Source: Chiloscyllium plagiosum (Eukaryota). From it: a stretch of 64,000 nucleotides of DNA. The stretch spans positions 42,163,486 to 42,227,485 of the forward strand of contig NC_057733.1 in NCBI RefSeq assembly GCF_004010195.1, written 5' to 3'. The notes below the pieces were generated by a model, which searched no databases, was not told where the DNA came from, and worked only from the letters and a program-made list of their open reading frames with translations. Shown piece after piece: positions 23,726 through 36,825 of this stretch. The position numbers were made by a program, and so were the translations under genes. Positions within the stretch are counted from its first letter, which is position 1, and the number at the start of each line of letters is the position of its first letter.

Positions 23726-24725
23726 TGTCACAGGAAAGAGACAACATTATACCTAAGTGTACCTCATATTCTAAAGACAGTAAAGGAGATTAGTGATAGA
23801 AGACATCAGAAAGTATGGGCGTTGATATGGGCTGCAATATTTTGAATGAATTGAGACAATACTGATTCAGGGAAATATGCAAAGAATATATCAAGAAATA
23901 AAGCCCCCAGAAGATGGTGAGGTTTTGTCATAAAGGGATAGGGACAAATAAGCCATCAACTTACAAGTTTTAGTCAGCACCTTCAAAACCATGACCTCGA
24001 CTACCTGGAAGATTCACAGAAACACCACCACCTGAAATTCCCCTCTAAGCAAGACCCGATCCTGACTTGATTGTAATCTTACTGCTTTCCTTCCTTATCA
24101 GAGTCAAAATCCTGGAAATCCCTCCCTCCCTCACAGTACCACAGGTGTACGTACACCACCATTCTCCCCCATAGGCTGCGGTGGTTCAAGGTAGCAACTC
24201 ACTACCATCTTCAGGGCAACTAGGGACAGGCAATAAAAATTGGCTAATCCTGTAAAAAATAAAATGAAAATGTGATCTTAATAAGGGGTCTGCAATAAGA
24301 AAATGAAGTTTAAGTCGAACAGTAGTCCAAAATTCTTTGAGTGCCTTGCAATGCCAACTAGAAAGTCAAAGTCAGCAACAGGTAGATTTTATGTGGGATT
24401 CCAAAAGAATAAGTTGAGGTTTGCCTGGAGGGCATTTTCACTCATTTAGATCTGAACATCAGTTTGGCAGTTGAAGATTATAACAATAACCTCTGGATTG
24501 ATGAAAGAGGCAAGGAAATGAAGCTAGATATCATTAATATGTCAAAATACAAGCAACGCAACACTAATTTGGAATAGTTGACAAAGAATAGCTGTCCCAT
24601 TTGTTGAAAGGACAGAAGTTCCAACTCATGTAAAAAAGATGAAAGATTGCAGTTTTTATTACAATAAATGATCAAAATTTACATAAAGGCTTTTATATTA
24701 ATACTAAAGAAAGGAAGATTCCTTT

Positions 24726-27700
24726 TTGTACATATCACAAAATGCATTCTCTGTAGAATTACAGTCTTTCACAGTAACTTCCAGTGAGTTCTTGTTTCAC
24801 CGAGTTCTAACTTTGAGTGACTGTCTCCAGGCACTTCACTCAGTGGTAAAGCGCAGCCTGATGATTCTTCCAGGCACACCAAGATACACATTCCAGTCAC
24901 CTGGACTAAAAGATGCCTTCCCCCCGATCTAGCTTGAGCAGCTTGCAAAGAACCTGCAGTCTCTCTGTTGGAGCACACCATCTGCTTTTCCTTTCCTCTC
25001 TTTCTCACCTGGAGCCAGCAAATTTATTTACAGTTTGCACGACTGCATTTGCCTTTCGTTGCCAGTTGCGATAACGTCACGCCTTGGTCAGCAACAACCT
25101 TGACTTGGCCAAGCATGTTGTCAGGCTGGATTTGGAAGAGTCATTTGACTCCCTTAACTTTAACCTAAATTTAAAGAGATTAACCTCACAATTGCAACAG
25201 CAATTGAAGCTGATGAAGAGCTTATTAATAGATTTCTTGCAGAGCAATGCAATAACTGTGAGCCTGGAGAAGTAGAATCAGTAATGGAAAGTTAAACAAG
25301 TTTATACACAACTTTGGCTGAATTTCCCTTTTTCAAATCTGTGGGTGAGGAATCACCTGATGTTGCCAAACTTTTGTAATTGGAACAACTAAGTCAATTT
25401 TTATTTCCTTTAAACTCCACGAGTTAGCATACTTTGTGAACAATCAACACATCTTCCTCAATTCAGAGCAATTGTATAATGTTTCATATCAATAATAAAA
25501 ATTGAGAAAAATCACAAAATGTTAGCCTAATCCTAAGGATATTCATGTGATAAAGAATAAATTTAATAGTAATTCCTAGCCGAATGTGTCTCGAAATATA
25601 GATGATCTACTCTACAGATATGGTTAACAGATCAAAGGTATTAGTGGTTCATTCAAACTCAAAAACATGATGGTTCTCTTGATACAAGGTTCCAGCTGCT
25701 GATTACAAACCTCTCCTCTATTTCTTTAAAGGTGACAAAGAAAAGTCACAGTGTCATTAAAACAAATGTTTTAAACTCGTTGAACTCACACCTAGACAGC
25801 TGCTGTCACTATTCCCAGACTGTTTTAAGTGTTAACTGTCACACTCAGCAAACAGAAATTCAAACTGAACTATTTTTAAAAATGTTAAGTTCAAAAATTA
25901 AAAACAATACTCCAAATGAGCATAGACTCCTAAAAGTTAGTATTGTCAAAAATCTTTCAATGCTATTCCCAGCAGATGACATTAATCACAAAATCATGTT
26001 TTATTTGCTGATAATAACTGTATTACCCTTCCATCACTTGTGTTGGCATATTGCCTAACATCAATGTATTGATAAACTTGAATTTTCTCCAGTTGACCAA
26101 TGGGAAAACTGTAGTCCTCTTTAAAGACCATGCTTATGGTGGGCAGTTTGAGCAAATTTATTTTTGTTCCATAGAGAGCAGAGTGTTCCTGTCCAGATGC
26201 CCCATACTGTATTTCGAAGATGTTCTGTTCTTAATGAAAGATTATGTAATCAGGATCTCCATAAGAACACTAATGAATAAAGTTTACAAAATTGCTGTGC
26301 GTGCAGGTTAAGTACCTTTTTGAATTTAATACGTTAAGAGAATTTCAGACTAGTCCCAGGCTCCTGAGATGAGGCGTGCATTGTGACCACACTCCCCCGA
26401 AGCTAGGTATAGATAAATTTAGGTATTTTCCAAGCAACCTGTTCACGGATGTTATCACTGACCTCTGCAGTAGTAGGACATGAATCTGGGCTTCCTGGCT
26501 CAAAAGTTAAGACACTGTCACTGTACCAAAAGAGCCCTTAGAGACAAACATATACTGCTCATGCTTCAAGTATCCCCAGCACTACTCCTTACCCATATTT
26601 GTTATTCTGCAAAAAGATAATAGATTGTCATTTAATAAGAAAGCCATATTTGATAATCATTGAGATCAAAACATAATTTTTAACGGTACATTTTAATGAC
26701 CATGATAAATAACAAAGGCTTTAGCTTCTGAGTGACAGCTTGATAGCACTATTTGAATTAGTTCTGGCCAATAACACGGCTGTTCCCATACAGGGAAACA
26801 TTACAGACTGGTATTTGTTTACGTTCAAACTAAAATCTCCACTGACTCAAGAAAATCAATTCTACGTTTGAATTTAATGCCACTCAAAGTTCACATTTAT
26901 CCAACAGACTCAGTTACCAGAAAAGGTCAAAAAGGTTAATTATGATCCAGAAACAAAATTTACCAAGGGCTGAAATGTGTTTTATTGGCTTTGTCTAAGT
27001 TGATTTTTTTTTGAGAGGGATTTCCACCACAAAGAAAAGCAAGTTTTCTCACTAAGGTTTTACCCCTTTGCTACGGGTCTGCCCATATTGTATTCCTTGT
27101 ACAATTCTGGTCCAATATACCACAAGCTGTTCTCAGAACAACTCACCAGTATATCCAGAATTCACAGCATGTTGTGTACATGCTATCTTTAAAAGGCTGC
27201 TGTGCAACCAGACCTGCAGCATCAGTCTGTACTACTCAGTTTGCTCAACCACTCTCATTAATGCCTGCAAAATCTTGCTTAAGGTGCTGCTTAATCATTC
27301 ACTCGGGACACCTCTCCACCTGGACCCAGCTGTCACCCACTTTCATCCCCCGCTTCCAGTAAGGCAGAACGAGCCAAGGTTGGTGGTGGCTGCTCAACAT
27401 TCAGATCCTCACCCTTATGTGAAGAGAATCTTGACTGACTGCTGTGAGTGGATAACTGACTATTTCCAAGCCCCTGAATTGGAATCAAAGGCTGCCCTTG
27501 ACTTCGTGCAACAGGGTCTTCTGAACGAAGGTTATTCCCATTCGTTTGACTGAGGCTTGCTGACAGCTGTGTGCCAGCATGAAACAGCACGGCAAGACAG
27601 AAATGCTGTGTACAAAAGTAGGCTGAGTGACTAAACGCTATGACAGTGAGCAAATATCCCAGAGGTGCAGCCTGGTCCAGTCTATGAACTGGCAAATATG

Positions 27701-28210
27701 GACATGCTGCAATGAAGTGCAGAAGCATTCTGTGTAGATCAGAGATGTGCCATGAGGGTTAGAGGCTGGCAGATATCAGATGCCAAAGTCATTAAATGCG
27801 GATGTGTGGCTACTGTCCATAGATCATGCCAGAGGATGGTGGTGTCTAATGTGGAGCCCCTTGAGAGAAAGCAACAAGCTGAATTTGCTAGGTACTTGCT
27901 CTGGTTTCTATGTCGAATGTTTTCAATGTCTAGTTTATCTGATAAGATAGAAAGCTGTACATTAATGAGGCAGATTGTGGTGTTAAAGAAGTGGTTAACA
28001 GGCTTCAATCACCAATTGGCAAATGATTACTGCTTTCCATGAACCTTGCCACTCCATTTGTGAAAAGCAAAAGAGATGGGGCCACATGTTCCAGACAAGA
28101 AATATTCTTTGCTGGACTTCATCCGACTCCGCCACAAATCTCACCATACAGCACATCACACAGACCCACACAAGATTAGGCCAAGTTTCAGATATTTGAA
28201 TAATGGCTGA
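24726..28210 (+). pseudogene. Possible decayed, unidentified protein-coding sequence
   Basis: Long stop-poor frames at 24726-25400 (with frameshifts) and 27068-28210 (one frame, about 380 codons, 7 internal stops, mostly TGA). An exon-like open segment lies at 26093-26306. Confidence 0.35.
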
Positions 28211-29377
28211 AAATACACGTACTTGTTTGGTACCAAATGAGGAACACACATCAATAAGTATATTATCCCTGATTATATCAGGAGTTACATTTAATAATAG
28301 CTAAAAATCAAAGTTAGGAAAACTCCTCAATGTTACATATCTTAAAACTAAACATTGGTAGAATACACTGAAAGCTTCTATCTCAAAATACAGCAGATAT
28401 CAATGTCAAACCTTAATGCCATAATCAGAAAAGGCTTTAGTACCACTGAAAGTAAATTATCTTTCAAACAAGATTTCAATTACAATTTTACAGCAAGTTC
28501 TTAAAAGGAAACATCTGGAACATTGGTCTGCCCATCAAAAAGGGACACTAACCTCAAGTGCTAAAATATTTGCAAATATGAAATACCAGTGAAACATAGG
28601 GATTAGGGAAAACTACTAACTGCTGCACTTGTACGTGCAACTTCACTTGGGAAACAGAATGTTTTACCTCTTGCTCCGCTAACAATGTTGCTTTGAATAT
28701 ACTATTGTCAATAAAAATCATAGAGCAATATTCCATCCATTTATAAAAGTGATAACAAAATAAACAATGCTTTGAACTAGCTGAAGGAACTAGTCAGCAA
28801 ATATTAGTGTTGACTGCAATTTTCTATCATTTGTAAAGAAGGCAATGTGTTTGAGTTTGGAATTAAGTTTTAAACTGGAACATTAAAAACGTCTCAAGAT
28901 TTTGCAAAAAAGAGGAGAATATCTTTCGCTGAGCTCCATTTTATTTGGAAGATGTAAACATTCAGAAATATCATTTGCATTCAATCAAAATAGGACCACA
29001 AGTGCTAATGACATAGATATTTGTTTTTTGGTGGGGACACACTGACAAAAGTTGCACGTTGAAAGAGAGAATGGCTGCATGTATGAACAGCTGAAGAATT
29101 CATTCATTAAATGTTGCTCCTATACTCCAGAGACATGCTCATATTACCAACCTGGTTAACCAATTCAATGTCATTATGAATTCATCCATATTTCATGTCA
29201 ATAAAGATCCAAGTTAACATTCTGTGAGCCATATGATACTGATGTATTTTCTACAAAACAAAATCCCAATAATGGCAACTGATGATAAGTTAAAGCAGCT
29301 GTCCATGGTTAGAAATACTTTAGTATTTCTGAAATACAAAATAATATTTACATTAGATGGTAGATGAAATTTTTATA

Positions 29378-29383
29378 TTTATT
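29378..29383 (-). terminator. Candidate COG1 polyadenylation signal AATAAA
   Basis: First minus-strand AATAAA, about 54 nt after the COG1 stop. The AT-rich context makes a chance match possible. Confidence 0.35.
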
Positions 29384-29436
29384 AATTTGTATCATCACAC
29401 TTAGTGCATTACTTCTAGTTTTAATAATAGGCATCA

Positions 29437-29583
29437 TCACTTTGTCATACTTGAAAGCCATCCTAGTTTAAAGAGGGATGATGAAGACGTCGATGAGACA
29501 TCATCATCTTGAAAAGCTGCCAATTGTCGGAATAAGGAGCCGGGCCCCTGACTTGCATCTTCTATGACAGACGAGGGAAGAAT
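29437..29583 (-). CDS. COG1: COG1 terminal coding exon (equivalent to human exon 14)
   Basis: Encodes ILPSSVIEDASQGPGSLFRQLAAFQDDDVSSTSSSSLFKLGWLSSMTK*. The ending SLFKLGWLSSMTK is the recalled COG1 C-terminus. TGA stop at 29437-29439. Confidence 0.95.
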   Translation of the reverse strand: MLPSSVIEDASQGPGSLFRQLAAFQDDDVSSTSSSSLFKLGWLSSMTK

Positions 29584-31164
29584 CTGTATCATAAAAGACA
29601 AAGAGGTTTCAGCAGTATAACCTGGATATATTTACAGTTCAACATGCACATTATAGCAACATAGCAGAGCTGTTAGGTTATTTGCAGCTAAGCAACAATG
29701 TAGTTATAATAATTATAAATTTATAAATCCATGAAGAACATCATGGCCTCCTTATCAAATCAAGTAGCTCAATTAGCAACTGCATGAATATTCAACCATC
29801 CACCCTCACTCCTCAGTCGCCAACAACCAAAGAAGAAATTCAGCATTTCCAACGTACTCCCTTTTTATCCTTGCAGAAAGGATGCAGACTCATCTCAGAC
29901 TTATCTGTAAACTACAAATGATTTGTTTCAAGTTCAAATGGCTTGTATGTTTCAAAACTCAATATCCTACGCACACTTTCCTTTGTGAATCAGAAGATTA
30001 AGTAATGTAATGTCACTAATTTGCAAATCAGAAGTTGATTTGTCACGATTCAGTACCATCATTTCATAATATAAATCATGGAAATAAACAGATGACATCA
30101 ACGAGACAGTTCCTTCTATTAATTGCAACAAAAGTATATCATTTCCAGAACGCGAGAGTGAAAGACTTCAAGTACTAATAACTTCAGATTAGTTCTGGTC
30201 AGCTACACAGCTGTTCATCCGGCAGAGCAAACTAGATCTCTGGGACTAGTTTTGGCTCCAACTAAAATTTCCATTGGCTCAGGGTACTGAACAGAGAATA
30301 GCTCATCTTTGGAACCAAACTCTTTCCTATGTTGGGATTTATTGTCACTCAACAAGTTCAAATTAATTTCCCCAACATCCTCTCCTTCCTAGCAAGTCCA
30401 CAAAAAGTGAGACACACAGAATTTGTAACAGTAATAGCCACATAATGTGCTCCCTTTTTCAACAGTGCAAGAATAACTTATCGGGGTATACCACACTGGA
30501 AACAAATATGAAGTAATCTGTTGTGACAAAAATCATTCAATTAATCAAAATTGCGACTGTGTTAGTTAACAGTTCACATCATAAACACATTCTACTTGTC
30601 TTGTGTGCATCACGAGTTCAGTAGTAAGAATAACAAGTTAATGGGGCACTCAAAAGAGTGTAATAGTTACCTACGCTGCATTAACTAACTAGCATTATAT
30701 TAATTACACAGCATTTTCATGAGGCTATTCCCTGCCTGGTTGATGCATTGGAATTAGACAAAGAAAATCTTTTAAACAAACGAGTTCCATCTCATCGAGG
30801 ATGAGTCAGGCCAATCCACAGAAAACATGATCTAGAACCTTTGCTCGCATTTTAACAACTGTAACAAATTCCATTATAGCAGCTGAGACAAGCCATAACA
30901 TTATAAAGCAAGCAACATTTTTATTTTAAAAATTAACAGATCCTTTAATAAATTCCAGGATATGAATCAGAGTGAATACCAAATTTTGTTTAAATCTGTC
31001 CCTCTTTTTGAGATATGCTATCTACAGGCATACTAGGTGAAAAGAGTACCTCAACCCAACTTCAGTAGCAGATATAATTAGGAATGCACAATATTGAGAG
31101 GGCTCATTCTCATCTCAGAGAACTGATAGCATTAAGAAGATTTGAACTTAGTATAGCCCTTACC

Positions 31165-31645
31165 AAGGCTCACTGGATTGATTGCAGGGATAAAGCCTTA
31201 TGAAGAGAGAGCGAGCGCATATGCCTAAACTGTTCATTCAAGTTCAGAAGAATAAGGGGAGATCGAATTGAGATATAAAAGTTCCAAAGGGATTGATCAA
31301 GGAGATGTAGAAAGGTATTTCCTCATGAGGGATAATCTAGAGAAAGAGGCTATAGCTTCAGGCTAAAGGACTGTAGATTTAAAATAAAGATGAGAAGAAA
31401 TTACTTCTCTCAAAAGCGTTGTGAATCTCCGAAATTCTCTACTCCAGAACGTGGAAGATTCCAGTTCATTGAGCAATTTTAAGAAGGACCATAGTCAGCT
31501 TTTTAATTAATAATGGATTGAAGGGTTATGAAGCGCAAGTAGGTAAGTACAGTTGAGGCAGAGGTAAGATTAGCCATGATCATATTAAATGGCAGAGCAA
31601 CCCCCTGGGAGTGAATCGTCTACTCAGCTCCTAGTTCTTATGTTC
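31165..31645 (+). mobile_element. Old CR1 LINE 3' end
   Basis: Degenerate AGAAGAATAAGGGGAGATC...TTCTCTCAAAAGCGTTGTGAATC...TCCTAGTTCTTATGTTC tail. Confidence 0.75.
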
Positions 31646-33695
31646 TCGTCTAACATCTTCCCATTGCACAGCCAACAGCTGAATGGATTTCCCCACAAAC
31701 AACATGCTTTGATAGAATAGTTTTGCGTGATATCAATACGGATTCTTGTTTGTTTTCAGTTTGAAATCACTTTCATACCTCTCGCATGCACTGAAACAAA
31801 CTTGGCAAAATAGCAGCCAACAGAAACTTTTAAAAGAACAAATACACTCTAGTACATCTTTCCCACATGTGTAAATTAAACTAATTAATTTAGATCAGAA
31901 ACATCTAGACTGTACAGTGAAGATCATACTAGGGAAATATTTTACACCAGAATGTTCAACTGAATGTCAACTTTATGATAAAAGCAGTAGTTTTGTGGTT
32001 CCTGAAATATGATTTTTGGCACTCAATACCAGATGTTTCTTTGTTTTTATATTCAATGCTGCATAAGAGACATGCAATTTGTAAACTAGTTACAAATTCA
32101 CTCTTCAAAGGATTTAGCACACTCAATCACCGACAAATATTAAAGTCTCAATGCCTTCAAGAGAAAGAGAAAAAAAATGGCTCCTTGCACTGAGCCTAAT
32201 TCTATGAAACATATGAGTAATCAATTGATGACAACAAGTTAACCTTGCAGTATCAGTTAATTATTCACGAATTCAGCTAAAGAGCTCAATTGATACACAC
32301 TAAAATAGTACTAAACAAGTAGCAGAGAAACATCACCAAGGTTACATTATTATAGTCAGGTAACTACAACACCAGTGCATTTAAATTTAGCAGAACATAG
32401 CCTTCAGTTTGTCCAAAAATGAAAAAGCCTCTTAAAGCTCAGTTTATGATACCTTTATTATGCTCATAGCTAACTGTCAGATTGAATGGTATTTTCTTGG
32501 ATTTATTATGCATGGCAGAATAATTAGATTGCATTTAAATCCATGGGACTTGTGTTTCTCAACTCTAAATTGTGTTCGTGGAATCGAATAATAAGCTAAG
32601 ACAAAATATTTATATGTTTTTGTCCAATTTGGTGTAGCCTCTGATTTAATTTTGAAGAAGGTTTTTGACAATCATTACATCTGCACAGCTAATCGAGGAT
32701 TAAAAGAGATCAATAAAATCAGGCTCGGTGACAGTTTTCTACATTAGAAAATATTGGGATCATCTTTCTCCAACCTACCCAAACACATTGTGGAAACCAA
32801 GATAAATAAAAATGATATAGAGATAAGAGTTCTCAGGTTAGGAAATGACTAGAATTTTTTTAGAAATGATAGAAGAAGAAAAAATATAATAAGTGAAAAT
32901 TAGGTGAAAGAACAAATAGCAAGCAGAACCTGTTTCGAAACAACATTTAACAGTTTAAATAAGCAATTCAGGATTATTGCTATAGCAAGGGAATTAGTCC
33001 TGTTACTTGAAATATTACGTTCACTTCTTGTTCAGGTTTTAGCTGAAAACTCAATGTTCGTCTATTAAAGAAACAGGAATCTCTGGATTTAAAATTATTG
33101 AAACTTATACTTTGGTTGACTGGAAGAAATTAGATTTCTTAGTTAATTTCAAAGAAAAATTAATTCAAAGTATGATATAGTTTTGATTTAGCAAATTTAC
33201 TCTGAACAGGCTTTTATTTTTACAGCTTCATACTAATGCTATGCAATCACTCACCACAAATACACTGCCATTGATTGTTACCTGATCATAATACTGACTA
33301 CTGTATAGTTACTGAAGCTGCAATGCAAAGCCAAGTACACTGCACACAGGATAATTAAATACCCAATGAAGCTTCAAAAAGGTTGCAGCTGTGACAGCTT
33401 AACATGTCAACTGAAACTGAATTTACAAAAAGGCGTTAAATTAAAGAACATTCACTTTACAAAGTGTAATTTTTACTTAACTGTCATATTTGTAAGGCTG
33501 TGTAGTGTAGGATGAACAATAAAAATAAATACATAACAATTTAGTAATCAAAATTGTCCACTTCTTAAGCTCAACAAGAGAAGAGCCAAAGTTTGCATCC
33601 ATTAATATGACACACTTTGCCAATAAACCAGTGTCTGGTATGTACAGAAAATGGTTTGCCACTTTTTCTGAATATCAATTTAAACATCAGTACAT

Positions 33696-34274
33696 TGTGA
33701 AAATACTATGGCTTTAAGATGTTATTTTGTCCTTTTTTTTAAAATTCAAGAGAGGTTTTAAGACAGAGGTCATGAGCACTGGAGTAAACAGCTTGTGAGA
33801 CATTGGGGTTTTTAAAAAGTTGGAACAATAGCAGTCTGAATGGGTGCAGTCACACACTCTCAGTTTTAGTTTTTAGCAGTTGCTGGTTTTGTCTTGAAAG
33901 AAGCAGAAGCTATTTTTGCCCTCTCAGTTACAGCCAAAAGCTGGGATTTCTCCTTCTGCAGTGGGAATTACACGAGAAACAATCTGTCTTCTGAATTTGC
34001 CTTTTGTCAAGGATGTATCTATATTGAATTAAATAATTAGTAATAGCTACTACTTCCATTATTCTGTTAAATTTTCCCATAGGATTAAGTTATTCCAATT
34101 CTTTCTTTCTTCTGTTGTGTTTTAACTATAGTGGATGAAGTGTGTTCTGCTTTAAATCTGGTAGTTTGACCAATCCAATTGCTTCTGGATCACAATATTT
34201 TACATTTACCTTTAGATAAGGATCTAGGCTATCTTCTAAACATATTTTGAAGGGGTTTGTTACCGCCCATAACA
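33696..34274. mobile_element. Putative solo LTR (Gypsy-like)
   Basis: TGTGA...TAACA termini with acat/atat flanks (one mismatch). The composition differs from the surrounding intron. Confidence 0.45.
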
Positions 34275-34289
34275 ATATGGTCAGGCAGC

Positions 34290-34470
34290 ATCATAAATCG
34301 TGACATTTCCTCATGACAATGGACAAATCAAAATCTCTATGCCTGTACTTACTACCAAATCAACACTGACATTACGACAGTTGTTGACAGTACAGTTTCA
34401 CATATCTAGGATCTCCAATCAGCAATCTGTCATTTGATGCTGAAGACAATACACGCTTTGCCAAAGCTTC
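34290..34470 (+). mobile_element. Ancient RTE-type LINE fragment
   Basis: FTYLGSPISNLSFDAEDNTRFAKA resembles the RTE FxYLGS...DxEIxxRIAKA motif. Confidence 0.55.
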
Positions 34471-34884
34471 AGGTCAGAAAGCTCAGGTAGACAAGAGGAC
34501 CCTGGGAAATAGAGGTGAGCAAATCCTGCACCTTCTTGGCCAAACTGTCTGTATCTGCAAACAATCTGGCAGAGTCTGCCTTGACAAAATGCAGCTCCTG
34601 AGCTCCACACCATGCCATGGTTAAAGGAGTTAAACATCAGGGGGAAAACCATCATCTTCCAAGATGGAAGAATGCTAAGAATTTGTTAGAATAACAGCTT
34701 GTTATCCTTTTGGTGAAAAGCAGGTCAAGCTACTAAACACAAACAAACCTCAAAGAGGCATTCAAACATATTTTAGAAAAGTGAGAACGTAGAGTAATAC
34801 TTTGAACCACAAGTCTACATGTACACTTTTATGTATATTTATAAATAACATATAATATCAAAAGAAACAAAATTAAAAACTGAC

Positions 34885-34963
34885 CTGATTCTTAGCTTCA
34901 TTTCCCTGAACAGCTGATTTAGGCTTCCGTGAACTTGCCATACTAAGTGGTAACAAGCCAAAT
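34885..34963 (-). CDS. COG1: COG1 coding exon (equivalent to human exon 13)
   Basis: 79 bp with tttccag acceptor and gtcagt donor. Encodes FGLLPLSMASSRKPKSAVQGNEAKNQ. Confidence 0.92.
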
Positions 34964-35737
34964 CTGGAAACAAAGGTTTACAGTATTGAAATCTGTGTTA
35001 CAGATTAGTTAACCTCTACAAATGATTATTGATCAGAGCAAGTGAGAAAATTAATATGCATTAACTTAACCGAATTGCTGGCATGCCAATGAGTTTGCTG
35101 TCAAAGCAGGAAGAGGTTTTTTTTGTTTCAGCTATATATTTCACTTTTACCAAAGTCAGTTGGAAGCAGGCACATAGGGGATAGAATTTCTCAACAAAAC
35201 CACAATGTAAACGAGAAACCCAGTAGTCTATGTGTACAAGCAGCATTATTCATCAAACATTCATGTTTTTATCCTACTGGACCACTTTAAAAAGGAGCAC
35301 TTTTCTCATGTGTCAGGACGATTTAATTTGAGAACTTCAGTTTGTACCATAAATGATCAATATGATGTCTGTGTAGTGCTGAAAAATAAATTTTAAAAAT
35401 CAAGCAAAATTGAGTTAGACAAAGATCTTGCATTTACGTGGCACGTTTAACAATGCAAAATATCCCAAAGCATTTGACAGATGTGCTATCAAACAAAATC
35501 TAATCAGCAATTCTTCAGGGCAGAGGTCTTCTAACTTCCAAATTGTTCAACTATTACTGTCAAAGTAAATTGATACTCTTATATACAGCAATATAGTTTC
35601 ACCTTTTAGCCGTGTGGATAGAAAGCAGACCAACCATATAAAATATTAAGCTTAAACTTTATTCCAATTCTCGGCAGAGAACATCCACAAAAAACCCATT
35701 TAACCATGCTGCACAAATGCAGTGAGAATTCATTTAC

Positions 35738-35847
35738 CTGATCTGACTAGAAGCCAGTGGTAAGATGTTATGAGGCTCATGGGAATTAAATGGTGCACTT
35801 CTATTGGTGTATTGTTTCTCTGTGCCGGTTAATAACCCAAACAACAC
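35738..35847 (-). CDS. COG1: COG1 coding exon (equivalent to human exon 12)
   Basis: 110 bp, AG/GT borders. Encodes VLFGLLTGTEKQYTNRSAPFNSHEPHNILPLASSQI(R). Confidence 0.95.
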
Positions 35848-36171
35848 CTAAAGAACAGAAAAATGTCTATTTACACAGTATATTTCCACATCAATATAAT
35901 AGCTTTATGTCAGGCATGCGATGTCACTGAGAAATTTTGATGCATCAGAACACTGCTTTGGAAAGTTTTATATTTCAAAGCCTGACATGGTTGCAGAACT
36001 CGGGTATTCAATTCTGGGAAAACACTTCTTGCCAATAAAAGATTTTCTGCAATTAGGGATCTAAGAGGACCCTTAATATACTGAAGAACAAGTAGCCAAC
36101 TTCAATCAGTGAGATGGGGGTGATGCAGAAGTAAGATTTGATATACAGTCGTATAATCAACAACTACGTTT

Positions 36172-36825
36172 GAGAGTCATACAACATGGAAACAGACCCT
36201 TTGGTCCAATTTGTCCACACCAACTGGGTTTCCTAAACTGAACCAGTCCCACTTACCTACATTTGCCCATATCCCTCTAAACCTTTCCAATTTGACCCTC
36301 CTCTCTGACCTATTACCTCCATCCCCACCCCCATTCACCTATTGTACTCTCTGCTACTTTCTCCCCACTCCCAACCCCCTCTCATTTATCTCTACACTCT
36401 GCAGGCACCCTGCCTCTATTCCTGATGACGGGCTTTTGCCCGAAATGTTGATTTTCCTGCTCCTCGGATGTTGCCTGACCTACTGTGCTTTTCCAGCAGC
36501 ACTCTAATCTAGACTCTGGTTTCCAGCATCTGCAGTCCTTATTTTTACCTATTTATATAGCTGTCCAAGTGTCTTTTAAATGTTGTATTTGCACTTGTCT
36601 CTACCACTTCTGCTGGCAACTCATTCCATAAACACACCACCTTCTGTGAAAATAGCCCCTCAGGTCCCTTTCAAACTTTTCCCCTCTCACCATGAACCTA
36701 TGCTCTTTAGTTTTGACCTCCCCTAAACTAGACTATTTACCTTTTCTATGCTTCCCATGATTTTACAAATCTCCACAAGGTGACCCCTCAGGTTTCTACA
36801 CTGCAGGGAACAAAGTCCCAGCCTT
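36172..36825 (-). mobile_element. CR1 3' end interrupted by a Penelope-end-like element (about 36293-36550)
   Basis: CR1 tail on the minus strand. The insert carries CCTGATGACGGGCTTTTGCCCGAAATG at 36421. Confidence 0.8.

Noticed and set aside
25110-25165. VVRLDLEESFDSLNF resembling a reverse-transcriptase LDxxxxFD motif
   Set aside because: No downstream PQG or YADD-type motifs were found, so it is probably a coincidence.
27399-27416. SDPHP resembling a bornavirus nucleoprotein motif
   Set aside because: Only five residues match, and I see no further similarity in the flanking translation.
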